Shown here: in pieces, positions 19,477 to 27,791 of the stretch | Position numbering within the stretch: the first letter of the stretch is position 1 | Layout: the number at the start of each line of letters is the position of its first letter | NCBI GenBank assembly: GCA_025060295.1 | Contig: JANXCH010000011.1 | Coordinates: 6,816-70,815 of the forward strand | DNA: 64,000 bases | Direction: 5' to 3' | Source of the DNA: Dehalococcoidia bacterium | GTDB taxonomy: Bacteria > Chloroflexota > Dehalococcoidia > Lucifugimonadales > HRBIN23 | Notes under the pieces: model-generated | Databases searched by the model: none | Told to the model about the DNA's origin: nothing | What the model saw: the letters and a program-made list of their open reading frames with translations, nothing else | Made by a program: the position numbers and the translations under genes

Positions 19477-20245
19477 GCCCGCCGACTACACCCCCGTTAC
19501 CGAGCGCCCCGGCCTTAGGAGCACGCCGGAGGCCCTTTCCATGCTCGTAACCCGCTACGCCGTGGCGGCGCGCCACGCCCAGGGCAAAGAGGTATTGGAG
19601 GTGGCCTGCGGGGCGGGGATGGGGCTGGGATGGCTGGGCAAGGTAGCCAAGCGCCTGGTGGGGGGCGACTTCACTCGCCCCCTCCTCCGACAGGCTCAGG
19701 CCTATTACAAAGGCCGTGTGCCCCTGGTGCAATTGGACGCCCACGCCCTCCCCTTTCGCGACGCCAGTTTTGACCTGGTCATCCTCTACGAAGCCATCTA
19801 CTACCTGGCGCGCCCCGACGCCTTCCTCAAAGAGACGCGACGTGTCCTGCGCCCTGGAGGTATGCTTCTAGTGTGCTCCGCCAATCGGGAGCGCCCCGGC
19901 TTCGTCCCCAGTCCCTTGAGCGTCCGCTACTATTCGGCACGTGAACTGGTTGACCTCCTGCAGGCACACGGCTTTGCCGTCCAGGTGTTCGGAGCTTTTC
20001 CCGCCGCTGAAGGGAAACGGGAAGGCCTTATCAACCTGGCCCGCAAAGCGGCCTCCACCGTCAACCTCATCCCTGGCTCCCTGAAGGCGCGGGAGATCCT
20101 CAAACGCATCGTTTATGGCAAGTTGGTGCCCTTCCCCAACGAGGTCTCGGACAAAGATGCCCCTGTAGCCGACCTGGTCCCCCTTGCGCCTGTGGGGCCC
20201 ACTCCGCACTACAAGGTGCTTTACGCCCTCGCGCGTTTATCGTAA
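19439..20245 (+). CDS. Class I SAM-dependent methyltransferase
   Basis: It has the motif VLEVACGAGMGLGWL and a post-I acidic residue. The start is uncertain; ATG 19439 overlaps DegT by 38 nt and ATG 19541 is an alternative. Confidence 0.7.
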   Translation: MSPKASAPSTGAKPADYTPVTERPGLRSTPEALSMLVTRYAVAARHAQGKEVLEVACGAGMGLGWLGKVAKRLVGGDFTRPLLRQAQAYYKGRVPLVQLDAHALPFRDASFDLVILYEAIYYLARPDAFLKETRRVLRPGGMLLVCSANRERPGFVPSPLSVRYYSARELVDLLQAHGFAVQVFGAFPAAEGKREGLINLARKAASTVNLIPGSLKAREILKRIVYGKLVPFPNEVSDKDAPVADLVPLAPVGPTPHYKVLYALARLS

Positions 20246-20259
20246 ACAATACCCACGCA

Positions 20260-21354
20260 ATGCCGGTGGCCACTGCTACTGAATCCATGAGTCACCCCCA
20301 GCCAACTACCCCACTGAAGAGCCTCCCTTACGTCTCCGCCATCATCCCTTGCCGCAACGAGGAGCGTCATATCGCCGACTGTCTGGACTCTATCGTCGCC
20401 AACGACTACCCCAAGGAGCGCCTAGAGGTGCTGGTGGTGGACGGGCAGAGCACCGACCGCACCCGCGCCATCGTGCAGGACTACGCCCGTCGTTACCCCT
20501 TCATCCGCTTGCTGGACAACCCCAAACGCATCATTCCCTCCGCCATGAACATCGGCATTCGCTCCGCCCGGGGCGAGGTGATCATGAAGATGGACGCCCA
20601 CTCCACCTATGCCCCCGACTACATTCGCCGGTGTGTGGAGGCCCTCCTGGAGTATGGTGCAGATAACGCCGGGGGACGCCTCGTTCACACCCCTGGGGCC
20701 AACACCCTCACGGCCCATGCCATCGCCCGCGCCCTGATGCACCCCTTCGGAAGCCTGAACAGCTTCTTCCGTGTCGGCTCCCCCGGACCCCGCTGGGCCG
20801 ACACCGCCGCCTTCGGGTGCTACCGACGGGAGGTCTTTGAGCGCATTGGCCTCTTCCGCGAAGATTTGACCCGCAGTTCCGACATTGACTTCAACCGACG
20901 GCTCCTGCGCCAGGGTGGGAAAATCCTGTTAGTGCCTGCGGCGGTGGGCTACTACCGTTCCGACACCACCTTGGGGAAGTTTTTGCGGCATAACCTCTCC
21001 GACGGCTTCTGGGCCACCTACCCCTTGCGGTTCGGGACTGCCTTACGCCCCCGCCACTATGCCCCCATCGGCCTCTTGACCCTGTTCCTGGGGCTGGTAG
21101 CCTTGGGGGTGTGGCGTCCTCTTCTGGGCGTGCTCCCCGCCCTTATGCTGGGGGGGTATGCCGCCATCTCCCTGACCGTCGCCGTGCGCACCGCCCTGCG
21201 GGAGAAGCGGGCGGGCTATGTAGTGGCCCTGCCCCTGGCCTTCGCCATACGGCACGCCGGCTATGCTTTAGGCTCCATCGCCGGCCTGGGGCGGGCGGTG
21301 GCCTCTGTGGAGTTTTGGCGCACCTGGCTGGGGCGCCGACAAAGCGAAAGATGA
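20260..21354 (+). CDS. Glycosyltransferase family 2 with C-terminal membrane segments
   Basis: It carries VSAIIPCRNEERHIADCLDSIVANDYPKERLEVLVVDGQSTDRT, then MDAHS and a hydrophobic C-terminus. Its stop overlaps the next start (ATGA at 21351-21354). Confidence 0.85.
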   Translation: MPVATATESMSHPQPTTPLKSLPYVSAIIPCRNEERHIADCLDSIVANDYPKERLEVLVVDGQSTDRTRAIVQDYARRYPFIRLLDNPKRIIPSAMNIGIRSARGEVIMKMDAHSTYAPDYIRRCVEALLEYGADNAGGRLVHTPGANTLTAHAIARALMHPFGSLNSFFRVGSPGPRWADTAAFGCYRREVFERIGLFREDLTRSSDIDFNRRLLRQGGKILLVPAAVGYYRSDTTLGKFLRHNLSDGFWATYPLRFGTALRPRHYAPIGLLTLFLGLVALGVWRPLLGVLPALMLGGYAAISLTVAVRTALREKRAGYVVALPLAFAIRHAGYALGSIAGLGRAVASVEFWRTWLGRRQSER

Positions 21355-22805
21355 CGTCCCCCAACGTCTCCAAACGCCGTGTGCTCATCGCCGGGGCGGG
21401 GGAGGCCGGGTCCCGCGCCGCGCGGGAGATGCTCCGCCACCCCGAAGGCGGCCTGGTGCCCGTCGGCTTTCTGGACGACGACCCCCTCAAGCAGAACCAG
21501 ACCATCGCCGGCCTGCCGGTGCTGGGGCCAATAGACGCCCTCCCCACCGTTGCCCGTCAGGTGGCAGCCGACGAGGTGCTCATCGCCATGCCCTCGGCAC
21601 CCGGGCGGGTCGTGCGCACCATTGTGCACCTGGCCCAAGGCGTGGGATTGGGCTATCGCATCCTCCCCGGCACCTACGATATCCTGACGGGACGCGTAGA
21701 GGTTTCCCCCATCCGCAATGTGGAACTGGAGGACCTGCTGCGCCGCGAGCCGGTGCATCTGGACTTGGCAACCATTGCGAGCTACCTGCAGGGACGGGTC
21801 GTGCTCATTACCGGGGCAGGAGGATCCATCGGCAGTCAAATCCTGCGGGAAATTGTGCCCTTCCAGCCGCGGCAAGTGCTCCTGGTGGGACACGGCGAAA
21901 ACAGCCTGTTCACCCTGGAGGAGGAGATCTCCTTCCGTTGGCCTCACCTCCCCAATCGCCTCTTGGTGGCCGATGTGCGCGACCAGGAACGCATGGAGCA
22001 CCTGTTCCGCGTCTATCGTCCGGCGGTGGTGTTCCACGCCGCGGCCCACAAGCATGTGCCCCTGATGGAGCACAACCCCGATGAGGCCGTGTTCAACAAT
22101 GTGCGGGGCACACACATCGTCGCCGAGTTGGCCCTGCGCTATGGCGTGGAGCGCTTCGTCAACATCTCCACCGATAAGGCCGTCAACCCCACCTCGGTTA
22201 TGGGAGCCACCAAACGGGTAGCCGAGATGGTCGTCGCCTGGCTATCTCGTCGCGCCCAGGAGGGACAGGCCTTCGTCTCCGTGCGCTTTGGGAATGTGCT
22301 GGGCAGTCGGGGGAGCGTGGTGCCCCACTTTCAGAAACAGATTCGTCGTGGAGGCCCCGTTACCATCACCCACCCGCAGATGACCCGCTACTTTATGACC
22401 ACCTCCGAGGCTGCCCAACTGGTGGTGCAGGCGGGAGGCTTGGCAGAGAACGGCGCCCTGTATGTGCTGGATATGGGTGAGCCTGTCCGCATCGTGGATC
22501 TGGCCCACGACCTCATTCGCCTATCGGGGCTGGAACCGGGAATAGACATAGAAATCGTCTTCATCGGCCCCCGTCCCGGAGAGAAACTGCACGAGGAGCT
22601 GTGGTCGGCCGAGGAACGGGTCAGCCCCTCCCCCCATCCGAAAATCTTGCGTGTCTCTTCCCCTCAACCCCCGCCCCACTTCGCGCATCTCCTGGAAGCG
22701 CTTTTCCAGACAGCACGCGAACGGGACTACCCTGCCATTCAGGACGCCCTGAAACAGCTGGTGCCATCCTACCAGCCTGCATCCCCACAAGTTGCCACCC
22801 CTTGA
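21351..22805 (+). CDS. CapD/WbpM/PglF-type nucleotide-sugar 4,6-dehydratase (polysaccharide biosynthesis protein)
   Basis: It carries VLITGAGGSIGSQILREI, AAHKHVPLME and RFGNVLGSRGSVVPHFQKQIRRGGPVTITHPQMTRYFMT. The ORF-track N-terminal 80 codons overlap the GT2 gene and were rejected. Confidence 0.85.
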   Translation: MTSPNVSKRRVLIAGAGEAGSRAAREMLRHPEGGLVPVGFLDDDPLKQNQTIAGLPVLGPIDALPTVARQVAADEVLIAMPSAPGRVVRTIVHLAQGVGLGYRILPGTYDILTGRVEVSPIRNVELEDLLRREPVHLDLATIASYLQGRVVLITGAGGSIGSQILREIVPFQPRQVLLVGHGENSLFTLEEEISFRWPHLPNRLLVADVRDQERMEHLFRVYRPAVVFHAAAHKHVPLMEHNPDEAVFNNVRGTHIVAELALRYGVERFVNISTDKAVNPTSVMGATKRVAEMVVAWLSRRAQEGQAFVSVRFGNVLGSRGSVVPHFQKQIRRGGPVTITHPQMTRYFMTTSEAAQLVVQAGGLAENGALYVLDMGEPVRIVDLAHDLIRLSGLEPGIDIEIVFIGPRPGEKLHEELWSAEERVSPSPHPKILRVSSPQPPPHFAHLLEALFQTARERDYPAIQDALKQLVPSYQPASPQVATP

Positions 22806-22844
22806 TTGCGCCTGTGTTACAGACCCTCCTTTGGGCAAGGGACG

Positions 22845-22874
22845 CTGGCACACTGCAGCCCCGTGTGGTATAGT
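22845..22874 (+). promoter_or_regulatory. Putative sigma70-type promoter for the Wzz/BY-kinase gene
   Basis: CTGGCA (22845-22850), an 18-nt spacer, then an extended -10 TGgTATAGT (22866-22874). It is followed by an AAGGAG RBS (22886-22891) and ATG 22898. Confidence 0.35.
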
Positions 22875-22897
22875 AAAGTGTTTTTAAGGAGCAACCC

Positions 22898-24517
22898 ATG
22901 ACCGAGCCCACACCCCAAGTGCTCCCCCGTGAAGCATCCCCCGAAGAGGAGGTGCGGTCCCTCCTCCGGCGCATCATCACCGTCGTCATCAACTGGTGGT
23001 GGGTCATCCTTATCCCACCCGTTCTGGCGGGCGTGCTTACCTTCCTCTTCCTCTCCCGTCAGACCCCCATCTATCAGGCCACCTCCCTGGTTCTGGTGCA
23101 GCAGGCCTCCCCCTCTCCCCTAGTAACCTCTGGCGACCTGGTTACGAGCGCCCAGTTGGCGGGCGTCTACCGCGACCTGGTAACCACCCGTCCCGTGCTG
23201 CAACGGGTAGTGGAGCAGGCCCAACTCCCCTATGGCCCGGACGCCCTAGCCGGCAAGGTGCGGGTCAGCGCCCGCCCGGGCAGCCAAATCTTGCGCATCT
23301 CCGTGCGGGATTCCAACCCCCAGGAGGCAGCCCGCCTCGCCAACATCCTGGCCGATGTGTTCATCACCAAGACCCAGGAGGATCGCCTCGCCCACATCGC
23401 CCGCCTTCAGGCAGCCGCCCAGTCGCAAGGGGTAGGCGACCCCTCCTCTTTGGCCCAGGCGCAACTGCTGGCCATGGGCACCCTTATGGTGATTGAGCCG
23501 GCCCTCCCCCCCCGTCGACCTGTGGCCCCCGCCACGGGACGCCTCACAAGCCTCGCCGTGCTCTTAGGAGCCCTTCTGGGTATCGTCGGAGCCTTCGCTA
23601 TGGAAGCCCTCAACAACAAGGTGCGCACCCCCGAAGAGGTTGAGGCCCTTTTGGGTGTCCCCGTATTAGGCACTGTCTTTCTCTGGAAAGAAAAAGAGTA
23701 CGGCTCCCGCCCCATTTGGGGGCGCGACCGCCCCAAGTCCACCCTGGCCGAGTCCTACCGCCAGGTGCAGGCCAACACCCAGTTCGCCCTGGCCGCGCAC
23801 CCCAACGCCAAGACCCTCCTCATCACCAGCCCCACCGCCAACGAGGGGAAGAGCACCACCGCCGTTAACCTGGCGGTGGCCTTTGCCCAGGCCGGCCTGC
23901 GGGTGCTCCTTGTGGACGCCGACCTACGCCACACCGACCTGCACCGCTGGTTCGGCATCTCTAACGAACGGGGTCTCTCCAATCTCCTGGCCGATGCAAA
24001 CCTGGCTCCCGCCTCCCTCGTGCAGGAGACGGGGATAGAACGCCTCCGCCTCCTTCCCGCGGGGCCTACGCCCCCCAACCCCGCCGAACTCCTCTCCCTG
24101 CCCCGCGCCCAGCAGGTCTTTCAGGCCCTGGAGAGCCTGGCCGACATGGTGCTGATAGATGCCCCCCCTGTCATCCCCGTCTCCGATGCCCTGCGCCTGG
24201 CCCGCTTCGCCGACGGCGTCCTACTGGTGGCTAACCCCCGTGTTACCGTGCGGGAGGCCCTGCTCCAAGCCTATCGGGCCATCCGCCAGACGGGGACACC
24301 CGTGCTCGGGGCCATCCTCAACGGTTTCTCGGTCCCCCGCTTCCGCTACTACGGCTATGGCTACCGCTACGGCTACTACTATTACTACCACTACGGCTAC
24401 TACGGCTACGGGACGGATGGGGATGGCCTTTCCCCACGCCCCAAGGGCGTGTTCGCCCGCCTGCAAAAGGCCCTGGGCATGGGGCGGAAACATCGCTCCT
24501 CCCGGCGCACCTCTTAA
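22898..24517 (+). CDS. Fused polysaccharide co-polymerase (Wzz domain) and BY-kinase (CpsD/CapB-type P-loop tyrosine kinase) with a Tyr-rich tail
   Basis: It has two TM segments flanking a long loop. It carries Walker A SPTANEGKSTTAVNLA, Walker A' LLVDADLRH and Walker B MVLIDAPP, plus the C-terminal tail RYYGYGYRYGYYYYYHYGYYGYG. Confidence 0.85.
   Translation: MTEPTPQVLPREASPEEEVRSLLRRIITVVINWWWVILIPPVLAGVLTFLFLSRQTPIYQATSLVLVQQASPSPLVTSGDLVTSAQLAGVYRDLVTTRPVLQRVVEQAQLPYGPDALAGKVRVSARPGSQILRISVRDSNPQEAARLANILADVFITKTQEDRLAHIARLQAAAQSQGVGDPSSLAQAQLLAMGTLMVIEPALPPRRPVAPATGRLTSLAVLLGALLGIVGAFAMEALNNKVRTPEEVEALLGVPVLGTVFLWKEKEYGSRPIWGRDRPKSTLAESYRQVQANTQFALAAHPNAKTLLITSPTANEGKSTTAVNLAVAFAQAGLRVLLVDADLRHTDLHRWFGISNERGLSNLLADANLAPASLVQETGIERLRLLPAGPTPPNPAELLSLPRAQQVFQALESLADMVLIDAPPVIPVSDALRLARFADGVLLVANPRVTVREALLQAYRAIRQTGTPVLGAILNGFSVPRFRYYGYGYRYGYYYYYHYGYYGYGTDGDGLSPRPKGVFARLQKALGMGRKHRSSRRTS
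24347..24412 (+). repeat. Imperfect TAC/GGC hexamer-type coding microsatellite encoding the Tyr cluster
   Basis: The DNA reads tactacggctatggctaccgctacggctactactattactaccactacggctactacggctacggg. It encodes 14 Tyr in 22 codons. Confidence 0.8.
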
Positions 24518-24698
24518 AGGCGTTGCTTTGAGGCTAATCTCCACTACAGCGCCCCACGCCGCCCTACCGGGCACACACCCCAGTCCATCTCGCAGCCCTT
24601 CTCCGCGTCTTTCCCATGGGAGCGTTTGTATGCTCTCCTTGCACCGTTCCCCCCTTCATCCTGATGCAAACCATTGACAAGGGTCAGGAGGTGCGATT

Positions 24699-25688
24699 GT
24701 GCCAACGCGTGTCCTGGTAACCGGCGCCGGCGGTTTCATCGGGCACCACCTGGTCAAACTCTTAGTGAGTAAGGGCTACTGGGTGCGCGCCGTAGACATC
24801 AAACCCCCGGAGTTCGAACCCTCCCCTGCGCACCAGTTCGAAATCTTAGACCTGCGCCGCTGGGATAGTTGCCTCATCGCCACCCGAGGCATAGAGGAGG
24901 TCTATCACCTGGCTGCCGATATGGGGGGCATAGGCTACATTACTGCCTACCACGCCGAAGTGGCCCGCAACAACACCCTCATCAACGCCCATATGCTGGA
25001 AGCCAGCCGGCTCAACGGCGTCTCCCGCTTCCTCTTCTCCAGTTCCGCCTGCGTGTATCCCCAATATTTGCAAAAAACCCCCGACGTTACGCCCCTCAAG
25101 GAGGAGGATGCATATCCCGCCGACCCTGAAGAGGGCTACGGGTGGGAGAAACTGTTCGCCGAAAAACTGTGCCAATACTATCGCGAGGACTTTGGTCTCC
25201 AGACACGCATCGTCCGCTTCCACAATGTCTACGGCCCCTTGGGCACTTATGAAGGAGGACGGGAAAAGGCCCCCGCTGCCATCTGCCGCAAGGTCGCCCT
25301 TGCCCCCGATGGCGGGGAAATTGAGGTGTGGGGCGACGGCAAGCAGACCCGTTCCTTCATGTATGTGGACGACTGCGTGGAGGGCATCTACCGTATCATG
25401 CGCTCCGATTATCCCCATCCCCTGAATTTGGGCACCGACCGCCTAGTAACCATAGACGAATTGGTGGATATCGTCTGCGCCATCGCCGGCAAGCGCCTGC
25501 GTAAGCGCTACGACCTCTCCAAGCCCCAAGGCGTGCGCGGACGCAACAGCGATAACACCCGCTTGCGCCAGGTCCTGGGGTGGGAACCGTCCATCCCCCT
25601 GGAGGTGGGGCTGGAGCACACCTACCGCTGGATAGAAGATCACCTGCGTAAGGCCGGACGCATTCCCACCTTACCTGTCCGCGCCTAA
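24699..25688 (+). CDS. GDP-mannose 3,5-epimerase-like extended SDR
   Basis: It matches remembered plant GME sequence. GGREKAPAAICRK matches GGREKAPAAFCRK. VWGDGKQTRSFMYVDDCVEG matches MWGDGLQTRSFTFIDECVEG. PQGVRGRNSDNTRLRQVLGWEP matches PEGVRGRNSDNNLIKEKLGWAP. GTG 24699 follows AGGAGG (24686-24691). Confidence 0.75.
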   Translation: MPTRVLVTGAGGFIGHHLVKLLVSKGYWVRAVDIKPPEFEPSPAHQFEILDLRRWDSCLIATRGIEEVYHLAADMGGIGYITAYHAEVARNNTLINAHMLEASRLNGVSRFLFSSSACVYPQYLQKTPDVTPLKEEDAYPADPEEGYGWEKLFAEKLCQYYREDFGLQTRIVRFHNVYGPLGTYEGGREKAPAAICRKVALAPDGGEIEVWGDGKQTRSFMYVDDCVEGIYRIMRSDYPHPLNLGTDRLVTIDELVDIVCAIAGKRLRKRYDLSKPQGVRGRNSDNTRLRQVLGWEPSIPLEVGLEHTYRWIEDHLRKAGRIPTLPVRA

Positions 25689-25695
25689 TCCTGCC

Positions 25696-26619
25696 ATGCG
25701 TGCCCTGGTAACCGGGGGCGCAGGTTTCATCGGCTCCCACCTGGTGGACCGCCTCGTGCGGGAAGGCTTCCAGGTGGCTGTGGTGGACAACCTCTCCACA
25801 GGGCGTCGGGAATATGTGCATCCCGACGCCTCTTTTTATCCCCTCGACATCCGCTCCCCCCGCCTTGAGGAGGTCTTCCAGGCCCATCGCCCCCAAGTAG
25901 TCTTCCACCTAGCTGCCCAGGTGAGTGTAGTGAGATCCCTGGAGGACCCTGTGGAGGATGCGTCGGCTAACATCCTCGGCTCCCTGAACCTCCTCGCCCT
26001 GTGTCGGCGCTTCGGTGTGGAGCGTTTCATCTACAGTTCCACTGGCGGCGCCGTTTATGGCGAGCCCCAGTACCTCCCCTGTCCCGAGACCCACCCGATT
26101 GTCCCCCTTTCCGCCTACGGAGCCAGCAAGTATGCGGTAGAGGTCTACCTCCCCTTATTCCGTGCCCTCACCGGCTTCACCTATACCGCCCTGCGCTACA
26201 GTAATGTCTATGGTCCCCGCCAGGACCCCTACGGCGAAGCGGGCGTGGTGGCCATCTTCTCTCGACGCATGCTGGACGGACAGGAGGTGGTCATCTACGG
26301 CGACGGCACCCAGGAGCGGGACTTCGTGTATGTGGAAGATGTGGTGGAATCCAACATCCTGGCCTTACGCCAAAGGGTGAGCGAGGTGTATAACATCGGC
26401 ACGGGCACGGGCACCAGCGTCAACGCCCTCTTCCAGCATCTGGCGCGCCTCACCGGCTATCAGCGCCCCCCGCGCTATGCCCCCCCACGCCCTGGGGAGG
26501 TCTACAAAATCCGGCTGGATGTGCGCAAGGCCCAAAACGGTCTAGGCTGGACACCCCAAACCGACCTGGAACAGGGCCTGGAGCGTACCGTCCACTTCTT
26601 CCGCACGGGGCGTCTATAA
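25696..26619 (+). CDS. NAD-dependent nucleotide-sugar epimerase (GalE/UDP-glucose 4-epimerase-like SDR)
   Basis: It carries VTGGAGFIGSHLVDRL, the catalytic YGASKYAVE and YSNVYGPRQDPYGEAGVVAIF. Confidence 0.8.
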   Translation: MRALVTGGAGFIGSHLVDRLVREGFQVAVVDNLSTGRREYVHPDASFYPLDIRSPRLEEVFQAHRPQVVFHLAAQVSVVRSLEDPVEDASANILGSLNLLALCRRFGVERFIYSSTGGAVYGEPQYLPCPETHPIVPLSAYGASKYAVEVYLPLFRALTGFTYTALRYSNVYGPRQDPYGEAGVVAIFSRRMLDGQEVVIYGDGTQERDFVYVEDVVESNILALRQRVSEVYNIGTGTGTSVNALFQHLARLTGYQRPPRYAPPRPGEVYKIRLDVRKAQNGLGWTPQTDLEQGLERTVHFFRTGRL

Positions 26620-26638
26620 TAGGGACAGGTGGTGTGCT

Positions 26639-27199
26639 GTGGCGGTTCAGGTCCAACGGCTGCGTTTCACCGTGGACGAATACCATCGCCTCGCCCAAGC
26701 GGGTATCCTGGGCGAGGACGACCGCGTAGAACTCCTGGACGGGGAGATCCTGGTGATGGCCCCTATCAGCAGCCGCCACGCCGCAGCAGTGAATCGCCTC
26801 AACGCCCTCTTCTCGGCTCTGGTGAGGCGGCAGGCTGTGGTCGCCGTCCAAAACCCCGTGCGCCTCAGCCTCTACTCGGAACCCCAGCCCGACATCGCCC
26901 TCCTGCGCCCCCGCCCCGACTTCTACGCCTCCGCCCACCCCCAGCCCCCCGATGTCCTCCTCCTGGTGGAGGTAGCCGACGCCTCCCTCCCCTACGACCG
27001 GGAGGTCAAACTCCCCCTCTACGCCCGTGCCGGCATCCCCGAAGTGTGGCTCGTCAACCTCGCCAGCGACACCGTAGAGGTCTACCGCTCCCCCTCCCCC
27101 CAGGGCTACGAGGACGCCCACACCCTCCCCCGCGGCCAGCGCCTCTCCCCGCATCTCCTCCCCCAGGTCTCCGTAGCCGTAGAGGACATCCTGGGGTAA
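26639..27199 (+). CDS. Uma2-family (DUF820) PD-(D/E)xK nuclease-fold protein, tandem copy 1
   Basis: It carries FTVDEYHRLAQAGILGEDDRVELLDGEI..MAPI..RHA and LLLVEVAD...REVKLPLYARAGIPEVWLV, both typical of Uma2. The start is GTG and the product is 186 aa. Confidence 0.8.
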   Translation: MAVQVQRLRFTVDEYHRLAQAGILGEDDRVELLDGEILVMAPISSRHAAAVNRLNALFSALVRRQAVVAVQNPVRLSLYSEPQPDIALLRPRPDFYASAHPQPPDVLLLVEVADASLPYDREVKLPLYARAGIPEVWLVNLASDTVEVYRSPSPQGYEDAHTLPRGQRLSPHLLPQVSVAVEDILG

Positions 27200-27218
27200 G
27201 GCGACAGGGGGGTATGCC

Positions 27219-27779
27219 GTGGCGGTCCAGGTCAAACGGCGGCGCTTCACCGTAGAGGAATACCATCGCCTCGCCCAAGCGGGTATCCTGGGCGAGGACG
27301 ACCGGGTAGAACTCCTGGACGGGGAGATCATAGTGATGGCCCCTATCGGCAGCCGCCACGCCGCAGCAGTCAAACGCCTCAACGCCCTGCTGACGCGTCA
27401 TGTGGGCACACAGGCCATCGTGGGTGTGCAGGACCCTATTGACCTGGGAGCCTACTCCGAGCCCCAGCCCGACCTGGTTCTGCTTCGCCCCCGCCCCGAC
27501 TTCTACGCCTCCGCCCACCCCCAGCCCCCCGATGTCCTCCTCCTGGTGGAGGTAGCCGACGCCTCCCTCCCCTACGACAGGGAGGTCAAACTCCCCCTCT
27601 ACGCCCGTGCCGGCATCCCCGAAGTGTGGCTCGTCAACCTCGCCAGCGACACCGTAGAGGTCTACCGCTCCCCCTCCCCCCAGGGCTACCAGGAGACTTG
27701 CACCCTCCGTCGCGGCCAGACCCTCTCCCCCCTCCTACTCCCCCAGATCTCCCTCGCCATAGAGGACATCCTCGGCTGA
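27219..27779 (+). CDS. Uma2-family (DUF820) PD-(D/E)xK nuclease-fold protein, tandem copy 2
   Basis: It has the same architecture and length (186 aa) as copy 1. A 70-aa block is identical to copy 1. Confidence 0.8.
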   Translation: MAVQVKRRRFTVEEYHRLAQAGILGEDDRVELLDGEIIVMAPIGSRHAAAVKRLNALLTRHVGTQAIVGVQDPIDLGAYSEPQPDLVLLRPRPDFYASAHPQPPDVLLLVEVADASLPYDREVKLPLYARAGIPEVWLVNLASDTVEVYRSPSPQGYQETCTLRRGQTLSPLLLPQISLAIEDILG

Positions 27780-27791
27780 TCCCCCCGCCTG

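Noticed and set aside
22847-22862. Sigma54-type promoter element TGGCAC upstream of the BY-kinase gene
   Set aside because: TGGCAC is present, but the required TTGC(A/T) five bases downstream is absent (the sequence reads ACTGCAGCC). The same bases fit better as a weak -35 for the extended -10 promoter.
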